A stretch of DNA of 64,000 bases from an uncultured Desulfarculaceae bacterium (GTDB lineage Bacteria; Desulfobacterota; Desulfocorpusculales; Desulfocorpusculum). Both the position numbers and the translations under genes were made by a program. Position 1 is the stretch's first letter. Every line of letters begins with the position of its first letter. A model generated the notes under the pieces. It saw only the letters and a program-made list of their open reading frames with translations. It was not told where the DNA came from and ran no database searches. Below are positions 39,121-50,023 of the stretch, piece by piece. The stretch lies in NCBI GenBank assembly GCA_964514105.1, contig CAZEPJ010000010.1, positions 12,242 to 76,241 on the forward strand, read 5' to 3'.

Positions 39121-40703
39121 CGCAGACCACCATCCTGGACGACGTGCTGTTGTTCATGCCCGATGGAATCACCACGCGAGGGGCCATTGCATGGGCAGGG
39201 GAGGGCCTCCTGGCCGTGGGCGATGGCGCCATGGTCAGGGACAGGGCGGGCTCCGGGGCCCGGAGGATCAATCTGCCCGGGGCCCTGGTCCTTCCAGGGC
39301 TGACGGACTGCCACACCCACATGCTGCCCAGCGCCATCGAATTGAGCCAGGTGAGGTTGCGCAGCGCCCGCAGCCGCCGGGAGTTCGTGGACCGGGTGGC
39401 CGCGTGGATCTCCCGGAATCCTTCGGCCCCCTGGATCCTGGGCGGCCAGTGGGACGATGCCCTGTGGGGCAACGAGCCCCCCACCCGGGATTGGGTGGAC
39501 CCCGTGGCACCGGAGCGCCCCCTCCTCCTGTACCGCTACGACATGCACAGCGCCCTGGTCAACAGCGCGGCCCTGCGCGTGGCGGGCATCTCCCGGGAGA
39601 CCCCGGACCCGCCCGGGGGCCGCATCGTGCGCCATGAGCGGACGGGAGAGCCCACGGGGTGGCTGGTGGAAAAGGCCATGGACCTGGTCAGCTCCCGCAT
39701 CCCGCCCATGTCGGACCCCGAGAAGATCCGCCTGCTGCGCCACGCGTTTCACGAGGCCCAACGGCTGGGGCTCACCGCCGTCCACGACCTGGTGTGGCGA
39801 TTCGACCACAGGGGCCTGCACCGGGCGGCACTGGAAGCCGATCCGTGCGGGCTGACGGTCTTTCTTCGATCTCCCATCGAGGAGTTGTCCCGGTTTCTGG
39901 AAGGGCGCCGGGAGGGGGGGGGCGGCCGCCTGGTCCTGCACGGGGTCAAGGGGTTCACGGACGGGAGCCTGGGCTCCCGCTCGGCGTGGCTGCGGGAGCC
40001 CTACCGCGGGTCCCTCACCGATACGGGGGTGAGCTGGGTGGAAGATCAGGACGCCTTTGCCGCCATGGTGCGGGATGCTGCGGCCCACGAGGTCCCCGTG
40101 TCCATCCATGCCATCGGCGATGCGGCCATCGGGTACACCCTGGGCGTTTTCCACGACTGCATCCGCCGGGGGGTCGGATCGGCCTACCTGCGCATCGAGC
40201 ACTTTCAGCACCCGAGCGCCGAGGACATCCTGGCCGTGGATCACCCCCGGCTCGTCGTGTCGGGCCAGCCGCTGCACTTGAGTTTCGACGCGCCGGCCGC
40301 CGAGGAGCGCCTGGGCCCCGAACGGGCGGCCCTGTCCTTCCCCTTCCGGACCCTCCTGGGCCTCAACTGCAACCTGGTCTTCGGGTCCGACTGGCTCGTG
40401 TCCGATCTCAATCCGCTGCTGGGGATCCACGCGGCCGTCACGCGGAAGGACAGCCAGGGCCGCTGGCCCCAGGGCTGGGTCCCCGAAGAGCGCATCTCGG
40501 TGGCGGAGGCCGTTCGTTGCTACACGGCCAACGCGGCGAAGGCCGTGGGTTGGGGGGGGCGGGCCGGGGAGCTAAGAGCGGGCCTCCGGGCCGATCTCAC
40601 GGTCCTGGACCGGGACATCACCGCCGTTTCGCCCGACCGGATTCCCGACGCCCGGGTCCTCATGACCGTGGCCGGGGGGGCGGTGGTCCACGACGGGCGG
40701 TAG
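39117..40703 (+). CDS. Amidohydrolase family 3 (YtcJ-like)
   Basis: [36 protein letters not shown]; ATGA coupling. Confidence 0.88.
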   Translation: MTQTTILDDVLLFMPDGITTRGAIAWAGEGLLAVGDGAMVRDRAGSGARRINLPGALVLPGLTDCHTHMLPSAIELSQVRLRSARSRREFVDRVAAWISRNPSAPWILGGQWDDALWGNEPPTRDWVDPVAPERPLLLYRYDMHSALVNSAALRVAGISRETPDPPGGRIVRHERTGEPTGWLVEKAMDLVSSRIPPMSDPEKIRLLRHAFHEAQRLGLTAVHDLVWRFDHRGLHRAALEADPCGLTVFLRSPIEELSRFLEGRREGGGGRLVLHGVKGFTDGSLGSRSAWLREPYRGSLTDTGVSWVEDQDAFAAMVRDAAAHEVPVSIHAIGDAAIGYTLGVFHDCIRRGVGSAYLRIEHFQHPSAEDILAVDHPRLVVSGQPLHLSFDAPAAEERLGPERAALSFPFRTLLGLNCNLVFGSDWLVSDLNPLLGIHAAVTRKDSQGRWPQGWVPEERISVAEAVRCYTANAAKAVGWGGRAGELRAGLRADLTVLDRDITAVSPDRIPDARVLMTVAGGAVVHDGR

Positions 40704-40729
40704 GAAAACAGGGCCATGGCGGCGGCCCA

Positions 40730-42055
40730 TCAGTCCCAGAACTGCTCGGCCGCCACGGCGAAGTTGAGGTTCTGGGCCTCCTGGAGCAGAAAGGTCGTGA
40801 TGCCGATGAGGTTCCCCCGGCTGTCGAACAGCCCGCCACCCGAGGACCCGCGGGAGATGGGGGCGGTGAACTGGACCAGCCTGGATCCCTTGTTCTCCCG
40901 GAGACCCGAGATGATCCCTTCCCCCAGGGTCCGCTCCAGACCGCTGGGAGCCCCCACCGTGTAAACCTTCTCGCCCACGGTGAGATCCGAGAAGCGGCGA
41001 ACCCCTTTGACTGGCTCCAGGTAGGCGGCGGTCGACTCCAGGATGCATCGATCGCTGCGATCGTCCACCCGGACGGCCCGGGCCGGAAACCGGCGTTCCC
41101 CCTGGGCCAAGACAAGGTGCCGCCTTCCCTCCAGGGTGTGGCAGCTGGTCAACAGATGGCGGGAAGAGACGGCCACGGCCGATCCCTGGACCACGCGCTG
41201 CTTTCTCCGCAGGGCCTCGGGAGACGAGGCGGCGAACAGGACGAAGACCGAGGACTGCACCTTGCGATAGACATCCGAGGCCTCCAGGGCCTTGCCCGGG
41301 GCGGAAGCGGGCATGGCCGGAAGGCCTCGGCCCGGGGCCTGTGACGCCGCCGGGGTCGAGGCCCTGGCCGCCGCCGGGGGCGCTGGGAGACGCCTCTCTC
41401 CCTGACCCTGGGCCGCGGCCCTCTCGAGCTGGATCAACAGGGCCTCGCTCACTTCCCCGGAGACCGGGCCGCCCGTGTCGCGCTGGAACGCCTTGATGGC
41501 CTCCCGGGTCCGGGGGCCCAGGATACCGTCCAGGGGACCGGGGTCGTACGCCAGTCGGGACAGAAGGGTCTGGGCCTGCAGGATCCGGCCGGGCGGATCC
41601 TCTTTCTTGGTTCCGGACCGGCCCCCTGCTCCGGGCGGGGAAGGAGCTTCGCCGGCGGGGCCTGGAGCGCGGGAGCCCCGGGACAGGACGATCTGGTGCT
41701 CCAGACACTGCTCGTAAGCGCTCCGGCCCTTGGACCGGGCCGAACGACAGGCCAGAAGGGCCCGGCGCCTCTGTTCGGGGGACAGGCCCGACAGATCCGG
41801 CTCGGTCGACGCATCCCTCTGGGCCCACAGGGCCCCCTGCGCCCCCCCATCGGGCATCGGGGTCCCGAGGTCGCCCCAAGCCGTACGGTTGTGCAACACC
41901 ATCGCTCCGGCGGGGTTCGGCCAAGCCCCCTCGGCGCCCCATGCCAGCGCCACAGCGCACACCACAAGGCCCAACGCCCGCAGGGGCACCCGGGCCCCCC
42001 TCTCGGACCCGCGTCTTTTGTCCCGATCCGCCGTCGCACGCCATCGTTTGCCCAC
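40730..42055 (-). CDS. Secreted trypsin-like serine protease with peptidoglycan-binding domain
   Basis: Hydrophobic signal segment; PG-binding motif AQTLLSRLAYDPGPLDGILGPRTREAIKAFQRD; triad LTSCH, DRC, ISRGSSGGGLF; start uncertain (GTG 42055). Confidence 0.75.
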   Translation of the reverse strand: MGKRWRATADRDKRRGSERGARVPLRALGLVVCAVALAWGAEGAWPNPAGAMVLHNRTAWGDLGTPMPDGGAQGALWAQRDASTEPDLSGLSPEQRRRALLACRSARSKGRSAYEQCLEHQIVLSRGSRAPGPAGEAPSPPGAGGRSGTKKEDPPGRILQAQTLLSRLAYDPGPLDGILGPRTREAIKAFQRDTGGPVSGEVSEALLIQLERAAAQGQGERRLPAPPAAARASTPAASQAPGRGLPAMPASAPGKALEASDVYRKVQSSVFVLFAASSPEALRRKQRVVQGSAVAVSSRHLLTSCHTLEGRRHLVLAQGERRFPARAVRVDDRSDRCILESTAAYLEPVKGVRRFSDLTVGEKVYTVGAPSGLERTLGEGIISGLRENKGSRLVQFTAPISRGSSGGGLFDSRGNLIGITTFLLQEAQNLNFAVAAEQFWD

Positions 42056-42172
42056 GGCCGTCTCCCCCCTTCTTGGCCCTGCATGATAGACGCTCGCCCG
42101 CGTCACGGGGTTGCAGTGGGGAGAGCATACCACAAGCGACGCCGGCGGCAACCCACCGGCCGAGGCTTGCTG

Positions 42173-42201
42173 TTGACAGCCAGGCCAAGGTCGAATAGTC
42201 T
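42173..42201 (+). promoter_or_regulatory. Putative sigma70 promoter for the amidohydrolase-ABC operon
   Basis: TTGACA-N17-TAGTCT. Confidence 0.55.
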
Positions 42202-42322
42202 CTCTAGCCGGTTCATCCCCATCCGGTGCTCTCTCCCAGGTCGCGGTCGGACGAGCGGCGGGACGTGCGCGGCCAGCGGGTTTGTCCGCAGTGGTTCCGG
42301 ATGTCGGCAAGGGGAGGTGTTC

Positions 42323-43951
42323 ATGGGCCTGGAGGGCAAGGCGGATCTGCTGCTTCGCAACGGACGGATCTGGGCGGGCCGCGGCCTGGGCGTGCACGAG
42401 GCACTGGCGGTGGCCCGGGGACGGGTGACGGCGGCGGGCCGGATGGGTGATCTGGAGGCCCTGGTCGGTCCGGGGACGCGGGTGGTTGATCTGAGGGGGC
42501 GGCTGGCCACGCCGGGAATCTGCGATGCCCACATGCACCTTCTGCCCTACGGCCTGGCGCTGGGGGAGGTCAACGTCAAGACGGCCGAGGTTGCGACCCT
42601 GGGGGCGCTGCAGGAGCGGGTGGGGGCCCGCGCCCGCGCCGTGGAACCGGGCGCCTGGGTCATCGGCCGGGGATATGACCAGGGCCGCCTGGACGTGAGA
42701 CGCCATCCCACCCGGGACGACCTGGACGCGGTGGCGCCGCACAATCCCGTGTTCGTCAAGCGGACCTGCGGGCACATGGCGGTGGTCAATTCCAGGGCCC
42801 TGGAGGCGGCGGGCATCGGACCCGGGACCCCCGACCCGCCCGGGGGGGTGATCTTCCGGGAGGGCGGCCGGCCCACGGGGCTCTTGGCCGAGACCGCTTT
42901 GGATCTGGTGTCCAAGGCGATCCCCCCCCACCCCCGGGAGAAGCTTGCCGAGGCCATCGAGACCGGCGGGCGCCTCTGCCTCTCCCAGGGCATCACCTCG
43001 GTGATGGATGCGGCCGTGGGCATGACCCAGGGATGGGACGACCTGGAGACGTACCGGCAGATGCGCGCCGCGGGGCGCCTGCCGCTCCGGGTCTATCTGT
43101 GCCTCACGGGGGGGACCCAAGGGATTGCGGAGCGGGCCTTCGGGGAGGGGGCCGTGACGGGGACGGGCGACGCGTGGCTCAAGGTGGGCCCGGTGAAGCT
43201 GTTCCTGGACGGGGGCACCGGGGGAAAGACCGCGGCCATGCTGGAGCCGTACATGGGCGGCGGCCAGGGCGTCCTGCGCATGACCCAGTCCGACCTGGAC
43301 GCGGCCGTGGCCGAGTACCACCGCATGGGCTTCCAACTGGCCCCCCACGCCATCGGCGACCTGGCCATCGGCATGGCCGTGGAGGCCATGGCCAAGGCCC
43401 TGGCCGCGGCCCCGGGGAAGGATCGAAGGCACCGCATCGAGCACTGCGGATGCCTGACCCCCTATCAGATGGATCGCATGGCCGATCTGGGCCTGTGTCC
43501 CGTGGGACAGGCCGTCTTCCTGTACGAGTTCGGCGATGTCTTCCTGGAGAACCTGGGCCCGTCCCGCATGACGGCCGCGTATCCGTTCCGGACATGGATG
43601 CAGCGGGGGCTCAGGCCGCCGGCCAGCTCGGACGCCCCGGTGTGCGACCCCCGGACCATGGTCAACCTGTACGCCATGGTGACCCGCCGCAGCGAGCGAG
43701 GCACGCCCCTGGGCGACGCCCAGACCCTCTCGGTGGAGGAGGCCCTGGAGGCCATGACGGCCAACGGGGCCTACGCCAGCTTCTCCGAGGGGTTCCGGGG
43801 GACACTGGCGACGGGCATGGCCGCGGACGTGGCCGTGTGGAGCCTGGATCTCCTGGAGGCCGCGCCGGAGGAGATCCTCCACGAGGGCCGGGCCGACCTG
43901 ACGTTCGTGGACGGACGCCTGGCCTTCGATCGCCACGGCGAAGAGGGCTGA
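42323..43951 (+). CDS. Amidohydrolase family 3 (YtcJ-like)
   Basis: DAHMH, RTCGHMAVVNS, VKLFLDGG, HAIGD, RIEHC, SSDAP. Confidence 0.88.
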   Translation: MGLEGKADLLLRNGRIWAGRGLGVHEALAVARGRVTAAGRMGDLEALVGPGTRVVDLRGRLATPGICDAHMHLLPYGLALGEVNVKTAEVATLGALQERVGARARAVEPGAWVIGRGYDQGRLDVRRHPTRDDLDAVAPHNPVFVKRTCGHMAVVNSRALEAAGIGPGTPDPPGGVIFREGGRPTGLLAETALDLVSKAIPPHPREKLAEAIETGGRLCLSQGITSVMDAAVGMTQGWDDLETYRQMRAAGRLPLRVYLCLTGGTQGIAERAFGEGAVTGTGDAWLKVGPVKLFLDGGTGGKTAAMLEPYMGGGQGVLRMTQSDLDAAVAEYHRMGFQLAPHAIGDLAIGMAVEAMAKALAAAPGKDRRHRIEHCGCLTPYQMDRMADLGLCPVGQAVFLYEFGDVFLENLGPSRMTAAYPFRTWMQRGLRPPASSDAPVCDPRTMVNLYAMVTRRSERGTPLGDAQTLSVEEALEAMTANGAYASFSEGFRGTLATGMAADVAVWSLDLLEAAPEEILHEGRADLTFVDGRLAFDRHGEEG

Positions 43952-43973
43952 TGCAGGGGGAGGGCGGCGCCCC

Positions 43974-44915
43974 ATGGGCAGACACCTGACCGAACGCCTT
44001 CTGGTCTCCATCCCCGTGCTGTTCGGAGTGCTCCTGCTGGGCTTCCTCCTTCTGCAGGTCGTGCCCAACGACCCCGCCTTGGTCCTGGCTGGCCCCATGG
44101 CCCCCCCGGAGGTGGTGGCCGCCATACGCAAGGATCTGGGCCTGGAAGAGCCCATCTGGTATCAGTTCATGCTCTACCTGGGGAGGGTCCTCCGGGGGGA
44201 TCTGGGACGCTCCATCATCAACAACACCAAGGTCATCGAGGAGCTGGCCGGCGCCATCGGCCCCACCGTGGAGCTCATGCTGGCGAGCCTCTTCTGGGCG
44301 GTCCCCCTGGGGATCACCCTCGGCACCCTGGCCGCGGTGAGACGGGGGCGCCTCTCGGACCGAGTCATCATGGCGTTCTCCGTGGGCGGGGTGTCCATTC
44401 CCATCTTCTGGCTGGCCCTGGTCCTCATCGAGTACGTGGGCATGAAGTGGCAGCTGCTCCCCTTCACGGGACGGGGGGGCCCCATCTGGACCGCCGACGG
44501 CCTGCGCAGCCTGGCCCTTCCTGCCCTGGCCCTGGGGGGGATTTTCGTGGGGCCGGTGGCTCGCATGACCCGGACCAATGTGCTGGAGGTACTGGGGGCG
44601 GACTTCGTGCGCACGGCCCGGGCCAAGGGACTGCGGGAGACCCGCGTGATAATCCGCCATGCCCTGCGCAACGCCCTCATCCCCGTGGTGACCCTGGTGG
44701 GGCTCCAGTGCGGGTACCTGTTGGGCGGGGCCGTGGTCACCGAGACCATCTTCGGCTGGCCGGGCGTGGGACGGCTGGCTGTGGGGGCCATCCTCTCCAC
44801 GGACTACCCCCTGGCCCAGGGGGCCATCATCGTCATGTCCGTGGCGTTCATCGTCATCAACCTCATCGTGGACCTGCTGTACGGCTGGCTGGATCCCAGG
44901 GTCTCCAAGGCATGA
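43974..44915 (+). CDS. Peptide/nickel-type ABC permease (DppB/OppB-like)
   Basis: GDLGRS, ARMTR, DFVRTARAKGL, HALRNA, DLLYGWLDPR. Confidence 0.92.
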   Translation: MGRHLTERLLVSIPVLFGVLLLGFLLLQVVPNDPALVLAGPMAPPEVVAAIRKDLGLEEPIWYQFMLYLGRVLRGDLGRSIINNTKVIEELAGAIGPTVELMLASLFWAVPLGITLGTLAAVRRGRLSDRVIMAFSVGGVSIPIFWLALVLIEYVGMKWQLLPFTGRGGPIWTADGLRSLALPALALGGIFVGPVARMTRTNVLEVLGADFVRTARAKGLRETRVIIRHALRNALIPVVTLVGLQCGYLLGGAVVTETIFGWPGVGRLAVGAILSTDYPLAQGAIIVMSVAFIVINLIVDLLYGWLDPRVSKA

Positions 44916-45781
44916 CGGACGCGGCCATCAGGGAACCGGATGAGGGGCTGGCCGCGGAATCGGCCTGGGGGAGGCTCCTTCGAGACCGGGCCGCGGTCAT
45001 GGCCGGCGCGTTCCTGACCATGGTGATCGTCCTGGCCGCACTGGCCTCCTGGATCGCCCCCCACGACCCGTACCTGACCAAACCCACCCTCATGCTCCGC
45101 CCCATGGGGGGCGAGTACTGGCTGGGGACCGACGCCCTGGGAAGGGACATCCTGTCCCGGCTGCTCCACGGCACCCGGTTGACCCTCCTGCTGGGTCTGG
45201 TGGGCGTGCTCCTGGGGGGCACCATCGGCGGGGCCATGGGGATCCTTTCGGCCTTCTATCCGCGCTTGGACCGGGTGATGGGCCGCGTGGTGGACGTGCT
45301 CCTCTCCTTCCCGGCCATCCTCTTCGGCCTGGCCCTGGTGGCCGTGCTGGGGGCGGGGATCCTGCCGGTCATCCTGGCCCTGGCCTTCGCCACCATTCCC
45401 GGGGTGGCCCGGGTGGCGCGCTCCAGCGCCGTCGTCATCATGCGGCAGGAGTACATGGAGGCGGGGCGCGCCGTGGGGCTGAGCGACGGGGCCCTCATCT
45501 GGCGGTACCTCACGCGCAACTGCCTGTCGTCCATCTTCGTGTTTCTGACCATCCGCTTCGGGGAGATCATCCTGCTGGGCGCGGCCCTCTCCTTCCTGGG
45601 CCTGGGGGCGCGCCCCCCCGCGGCGGAACTGGGGATGATGGCGGCCCAGGGAAGGGATTACCTGTTCATCGCGCCCCACGTGGCCACCATCCCCAGCGTC
45701 ACCATCTTCCTGATCGTCCTGGCCTTCAACGTCTTGAGCGACGCGGTGCGGGACATCCTGGATCCGAGGCTGCGTCAATGA
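44912..45781 (+). CDS. Peptide/nickel-type ABC permease (DppC/OppC-like)
   Basis: LGTDALGRDILSR, EYMEAGRAVG, SFLGLG, DAVRDILDPR. Confidence 0.92.
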   Translation: MTDAAIREPDEGLAAESAWGRLLRDRAAVMAGAFLTMVIVLAALASWIAPHDPYLTKPTLMLRPMGGEYWLGTDALGRDILSRLLHGTRLTLLLGLVGVLLGGTIGGAMGILSAFYPRLDRVMGRVVDVLLSFPAILFGLALVAVLGAGILPVILALAFATIPGVARVARSSAVVIMRQEYMEAGRAVGLSDGALIWRYLTRNCLSSIFVFLTIRFGEIILLGAALSFLGLGARPPAAELGMMAAQGRDYLFIAPHVATIPSVTIFLIVLAFNVLSDAVRDILDPRLRQ

Positions 45782-45822
45782 ACCCTTCGGGACCCTCTTC
45801 AGCGGAGAAAGGAGGAACAGTG

Positions 45823-47424
45823 ATGAGCAACCGGATAAGATGGGGCGTTGTCTTCCTCGCATGGGCCGTGCTGGCTTCGGCCGGATCTCCCATGATGGCG
45901 CGGGGCCAGCTCAAGCCCGACACCCTCATCATCCTTCGGGACATCGACAGCAACAACTACGACCCGCACCGCACGGCGGCCCGAGCCGGGGCCGAGGTCC
46001 TGTACATGATGGCCGACACCCTGGTCACCCTGGACTATGACTGGAAGACCATCAAGCCGGGCCTGGCCAAGTCGTGGAAGGTGTCGGAGGACGGAAAGAC
46101 CTACACCTTCCATCTGAGGGACGACGTCAAGTTCTGCGACGGCCGCCCCTTGACCGCCGACGACGTGGCCTACACCATCAAGCGGTGGATCAACCCCGAG
46201 ACCAAGAGCCCCATCGCATGGCGGGCCGGCCCCGTGCAGGACGTCCGCGCCGTGGACAAGCACACGGTGGAGTACGAGCTCAAGCACCCGTACAGCGAGC
46301 TCCTGTACCAGCTCACCTACTTCTGTTCGAGCATCATCGACAAGGGAGCGGTGGAGCAGCTCGGGGCGGACTTCGGCGTCAAGGGGTTCAACGGCACGGG
46401 CCCGTACTGCTGGGTGAGCTGGGAGCCCCGCAAGGACATGGTCCTCAAGCGAAACCCCCACTACAAGTGGGGTCCGCCCATGTACGAGAACCCGGGGCCG
46501 GCCAAGGTGGAGAACGTCATCTGGCGGACGGTCCCGGAGGAAACCACGCGGGTGGCCGCCATGCAGGCCGCCCAGGCGGACGTGACCCAATACATCCCGG
46601 CCTGGGCCCTGGCCCAGCTCCAGAAGCTCCCCACCCTCCAGGTGGAAAAGGCCAAGACGTACTTCTGGCTCTGGTTCATGGGGTTCAAGATCGACAAGCC
46701 CTCCGTCTCAGACCCCAAGGTGCGCCGGGCCATGGTCAGCGCCGTGGATCAGGATGAGATCGCCAAGGGACTCTACTTCGGGACGGTCCAGCCCGCCACC
46801 ACCTACTTTCATCCCTCCACCCTGGACTTCGACCCCGAGGTGCTCAAGCTCGCCCCCAAGTACGACCCGGAGCTCTCCAAGAAACTCCTGGACGAGGCGG
46901 GCTGGAAGATGGGACCCGACGGCTTCCGGTACAAGGACGGCCAGAAGCTCTCCGTGCTCTTTTACGGAAACACGGCCTACCAGAAGCAGTACGAGACGGT
47001 GCAGGGCTTTCTGCGCAAGGTGGGCGTGGACTTCGTGCTCCAGCTCTTCGACGCCACGGTCATGTGGGGGAAGCTGGCCACCCAGGAGTTCGACGCCTTC
47101 GGCATGAGCTTTCCGTACTTCAGCGCCGGGGACGCCCTGAACCTTTACTTTGATTCCAGAAACGTGCCCACGCCCAACCGCATGAACTGGAAGGACCCCG
47201 AGACCGACCAACTCCTGGAGGCCGGCAAGAAGGCGTTGACGCCCCAGGAGCGCTTCGCGGCCTTCTCCAAGGTGCAGCGCAAGGTCCACGAGGCGGCCGT
47301 CTGGATCCCTCTGTTTCACGAGGACCTGTACGTGGCCTCCCAGAAGCGGGTCAAGGGGGCCAAGCCCCACGGCAATTACGGGTGCAGCCTGTACAAGGGG
47401 CTGGACTTGGAGATCGTGAAATGA
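45823..47424 (+). CDS. ABC substrate-binding protein family 5 (DppA/OppA-like)
   Basis: Signal peptide, PGLAKSW.VS.DG.TYTFHLR..VKF.DG, NGTGPY, VRRA. Confidence 0.92.
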   Translation: MSNRIRWGVVFLAWAVLASAGSPMMARGQLKPDTLIILRDIDSNNYDPHRTAARAGAEVLYMMADTLVTLDYDWKTIKPGLAKSWKVSEDGKTYTFHLRDDVKFCDGRPLTADDVAYTIKRWINPETKSPIAWRAGPVQDVRAVDKHTVEYELKHPYSELLYQLTYFCSSIIDKGAVEQLGADFGVKGFNGTGPYCWVSWEPRKDMVLKRNPHYKWGPPMYENPGPAKVENVIWRTVPEETTRVAAMQAAQADVTQYIPAWALAQLQKLPTLQVEKAKTYFWLWFMGFKIDKPSVSDPKVRRAMVSAVDQDEIAKGLYFGTVQPATTYFHPSTLDFDPEVLKLAPKYDPELSKKLLDEAGWKMGPDGFRYKDGQKLSVLFYGNTAYQKQYETVQGFLRKVGVDFVLQLFDATVMWGKLATQEFDAFGMSFPYFSAGDALNLYFDSRNVPTPNRMNWKDPETDQLLEAGKKALTPQERFAAFSKVQRKVHEAAVWIPLFHEDLYVASQKRVKGAKPHGNYGCSLYKGLDLEIVK

Positions 47425-47429
47425 GGGGC

Positions 47430-47473
47430 GCGGGAGGCGGCCTGCCGGGCATCCCCACGCGGCCGCCTCCCGC
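47430..47473 (+). terminator. Hairpin after the substrate-binding protein gene
   Basis: Perfect 13-bp inverted repeat GCGGGAGGCGGCC / GGCCGCCTCCCGC; no U-tract. Confidence 0.5.
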
Positions 47474-47519
47474 CACCGGCACGCCGCCGCGGGACACCAC
47501 CCCATGTTTGGAGGCGTTC

Positions 47520-48956
47520 ATGGCTGAGACCACTGTGATCCGAAAGGCATCCTGGGCCATCACCTGGGATGGGGACCGCCGGCTGCACCGATACGCCAAC
47601 GACGTGGACGTGGCCTTCTCGGGGGGAGACATCATCCACGTGGGGGGCCGGTACCAGGGGGTGGCCTCCCGGGAGATCGATGGGCAGGGCCTCCTGGTCA
47701 TGCCCGGTCTGGTGAACATCCATTCCCACCCATGTTCCGAGCCCATGAGCAAGGGGATCATGGACGAGCTGGGTTCCCCCCGGCTGCACAACAGCGCCCT
47801 GTACGAGTTCATGCCGTTGTTCCGGGCGGACCTGGAAGGCGTTCGTGCGGCTGCCCAGACCGCGTACTGCGAGCTCCTTCTGAGCGGCGTCACATCGGTC
47901 ATCGACATCTCGGGGGCCCACGACGGCTGGCTGGATGGCCTGGCCCAAAGCGGGCTTCGGGCCTGGGCCGCCCCCATGTTCCGCTCCGGCCGCTGGTTCA
48001 CGCGCAATGGATTCACGGTGGAGTACGAGTGGGACGAGGCGGGAGGGCGGGCCGCCATGGAGGGCGCGCTGCAGGTGGTGGATCAGGCCGCGGCCCACCC
48101 GTGCGGCCGTCTCTCGGGGGTGATCTCGCCGGGCCAGGTGGACACGTGCACGGCGCAGCTGCTTCGAGCCGCCCACGGGGCGGCCCGGGACAGGGGCCTG
48201 CCGTTTCAGGTGCACGCCGCCCAGAGCGTGGTGGAGTTCCAGGAAATCACGAGGCGTCATGGGGTCACCCCCATCCAGTGGCTGGGGGGCCTCGGAGTCC
48301 TGGGCCCCCGGACCATTATCGGCCACGCCATATTCCTGGACCATCACCCGTGGCTCCACTGGAGTTCCCGGAGGGACCTCGGGCTTCTGGCCGAGACCGG
48401 GACCACCGTGGCCCACTGCCCGACGGTCTTCTCCCGGCGGGGCATGATGATGGTGCACCTGGGGGCCTATCTGGATGGGGGCGTGAACGTGGGCATGGGC
48501 ACGGACACGTACCCCCACAACATGCTGGAGGAGATGCGTCACGCCATGATCTTCGCCCGCCTGGCCGCGGGGCAGGTGGTGGCGGGGACTTCGCAGGTCT
48601 TTGATGCGGCCACCCTGGGGGGGGCCCGGGCGCTGGGCCGGGAGGACATCGGCCGGCTGGCGGCAGGGGCCAAGGCAGACCTGGTCCTCGTGGACGTCCG
48701 CCACCCCATGATGCGGCCCGCCCGAGACCCGCTGAGGAGCCTCGTGTACTGCGCGGCGGAGCGGGCCGTCCGGCACGTCTTCGTGGACGGCCTCCAGGTG
48801 GTGAGGGACGGCACGGTCCTCACCATGGATTATGCCTCGGCCGCCCAGGCCCTGGAGGAGGCCCAGGCCCGCGCCATGAAGGACGCCCCGGACCTGGACT
48901 ATGCCCGGCGGCCCATGGAGACCTTGTCCCCCCTCACGTTCCCCCGGGAGCCCTGA
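47520..48956 (+). CDS. Amidohydrolase, MTA/SAH deaminase-triazine hydrolase-like family
   Basis: [36 protein letters not shown]. Confidence 0.85.
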   Translation: MAETTVIRKASWAITWDGDRRLHRYANDVDVAFSGGDIIHVGGRYQGVASREIDGQGLLVMPGLVNIHSHPCSEPMSKGIMDELGSPRLHNSALYEFMPLFRADLEGVRAAAQTAYCELLLSGVTSVIDISGAHDGWLDGLAQSGLRAWAAPMFRSGRWFTRNGFTVEYEWDEAGGRAAMEGALQVVDQAAAHPCGRLSGVISPGQVDTCTAQLLRAAHGAARDRGLPFQVHAAQSVVEFQEITRRHGVTPIQWLGGLGVLGPRTIIGHAIFLDHHPWLHWSSRRDLGLLAETGTTVAHCPTVFSRRGMMMVHLGAYLDGGVNVGMGTDTYPHNMLEEMRHAMIFARLAAGQVVAGTSQVFDAATLGGARALGREDIGRLAAGAKADLVLVDVRHPMMRPARDPLRSLVYCAAERAVRHVFVDGLQVVRDGTVLTMDYASAAQALEEAQARAMKDAPDLDYARRPMETLSPLTFPREP

Positions 48957-48958
48957 CC

Positions 48959-50023
48959 GTGGCCCCTGCCTCCTCATCCGCCCCCGCTGCCGGCACCGCG
49001 CCCCTTCTCGAGGTGCGGGATCTCAAGGTCCACTTCCGGACGGGCGGGGTGACGGTACGGGCGGTGGACGGGATCAGCTTCTCGCTGGGCAAGGGCCGCG
49101 CCCTGGGGCTGGTGGGCGAGAGCGGCTGCGGCAAGAGCGTCACCTCCCTGGCAGTCATGGGGCTCATCCCCCAACCGCCGGGCTTCATCCCCCAGGGGGA
49201 GATCTTCCTGGGCGGCCGGGACCTCCTGCGCATGCCCCGGGGGGACCTGCGCAGGGTGCGGGGCGATCGGGTGGCCATGATCTTTCAGGAGCCCATGACC
49301 TCGCTCAACCCGGTGCACACCGTTGGGACCCAGATCGTGGAGGCCATCCAGGCCCATCGCCCCGTGTCCAGAAGGCAGGCCCTGGAGCAGGCCCGCGAGT
49401 TGCTCCAGCGCGTGAAGATCCCCAGCCCGGAGGAGCGGCTGGGCCAGTTCCCCCACAACCTCAGCGGCGGCATGCGCCAGAGGGTGATGATCGCCATGGC
49501 CCTGGCCTGCTCCCCCTCGCTGCTCATCGCCGATGAGCCCACCACCGCCCTGGACGTGACCATCCAGGCGCAGATCCTGGACCTGCTGCGGGAGCTTCGG
49601 GCCGAGACCGACATGGCCATCATGCTCATCACCCACGACCTGGGGGTGGTGGCCGAGATGGCCGACGAGGTGATGGTCATGTATGCGGGAAAGGTGGTGG
49701 AATGGGCCCCGGTGGCCCACCTGTTCGAGACCCCGCAGCATCCGTACACCATCGGGCTTCTGGGCTCCATCCCGCGGGTGGACGACGAGCTGCCCAGACT
49801 GGCCACCATCGAGGGCCGAGTCCCGGCCCCCTTCGCCATGCCGGATGGGTGCTGCTTTCACCCCCGTTGTCCCTTCGCCGAGACCCGCTGCCGCCGGGAG
49901 GAGCCCAAGCTGGAGAGGGTCGGGGAGGACCACGCCGTGAGCTGCTGGCGCTACCCCCTGGACCAGGAATCCCCCCTGGGGGACGGCCGGCCTGGCCCCA
50001 GCGGGAGACGCCATGAACGGTGA
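48959..50023 (+). CDS. ABC ATP-binding protein (DppD/OppD-like)
   Basis: [47 protein letters not shown]. Confidence 0.93.
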   Translation: MAPASSSAPAAGTAPLLEVRDLKVHFRTGGVTVRAVDGISFSLGKGRALGLVGESGCGKSVTSLAVMGLIPQPPGFIPQGEIFLGGRDLLRMPRGDLRRVRGDRVAMIFQEPMTSLNPVHTVGTQIVEAIQAHRPVSRRQALEQARELLQRVKIPSPEERLGQFPHNLSGGMRQRVMIAMALACSPSLLIADEPTTALDVTIQAQILDLLRELRAETDMAIMLITHDLGVVAEMADEVMVMYAGKVVEWAPVAHLFETPQHPYTIGLLGSIPRVDDELPRLATIEGRVPAPFAMPDGCCFHPRCPFAETRCRREEPKLERVGEDHAVSCWRYPLDQESPLGDGRPGPSGRRHER

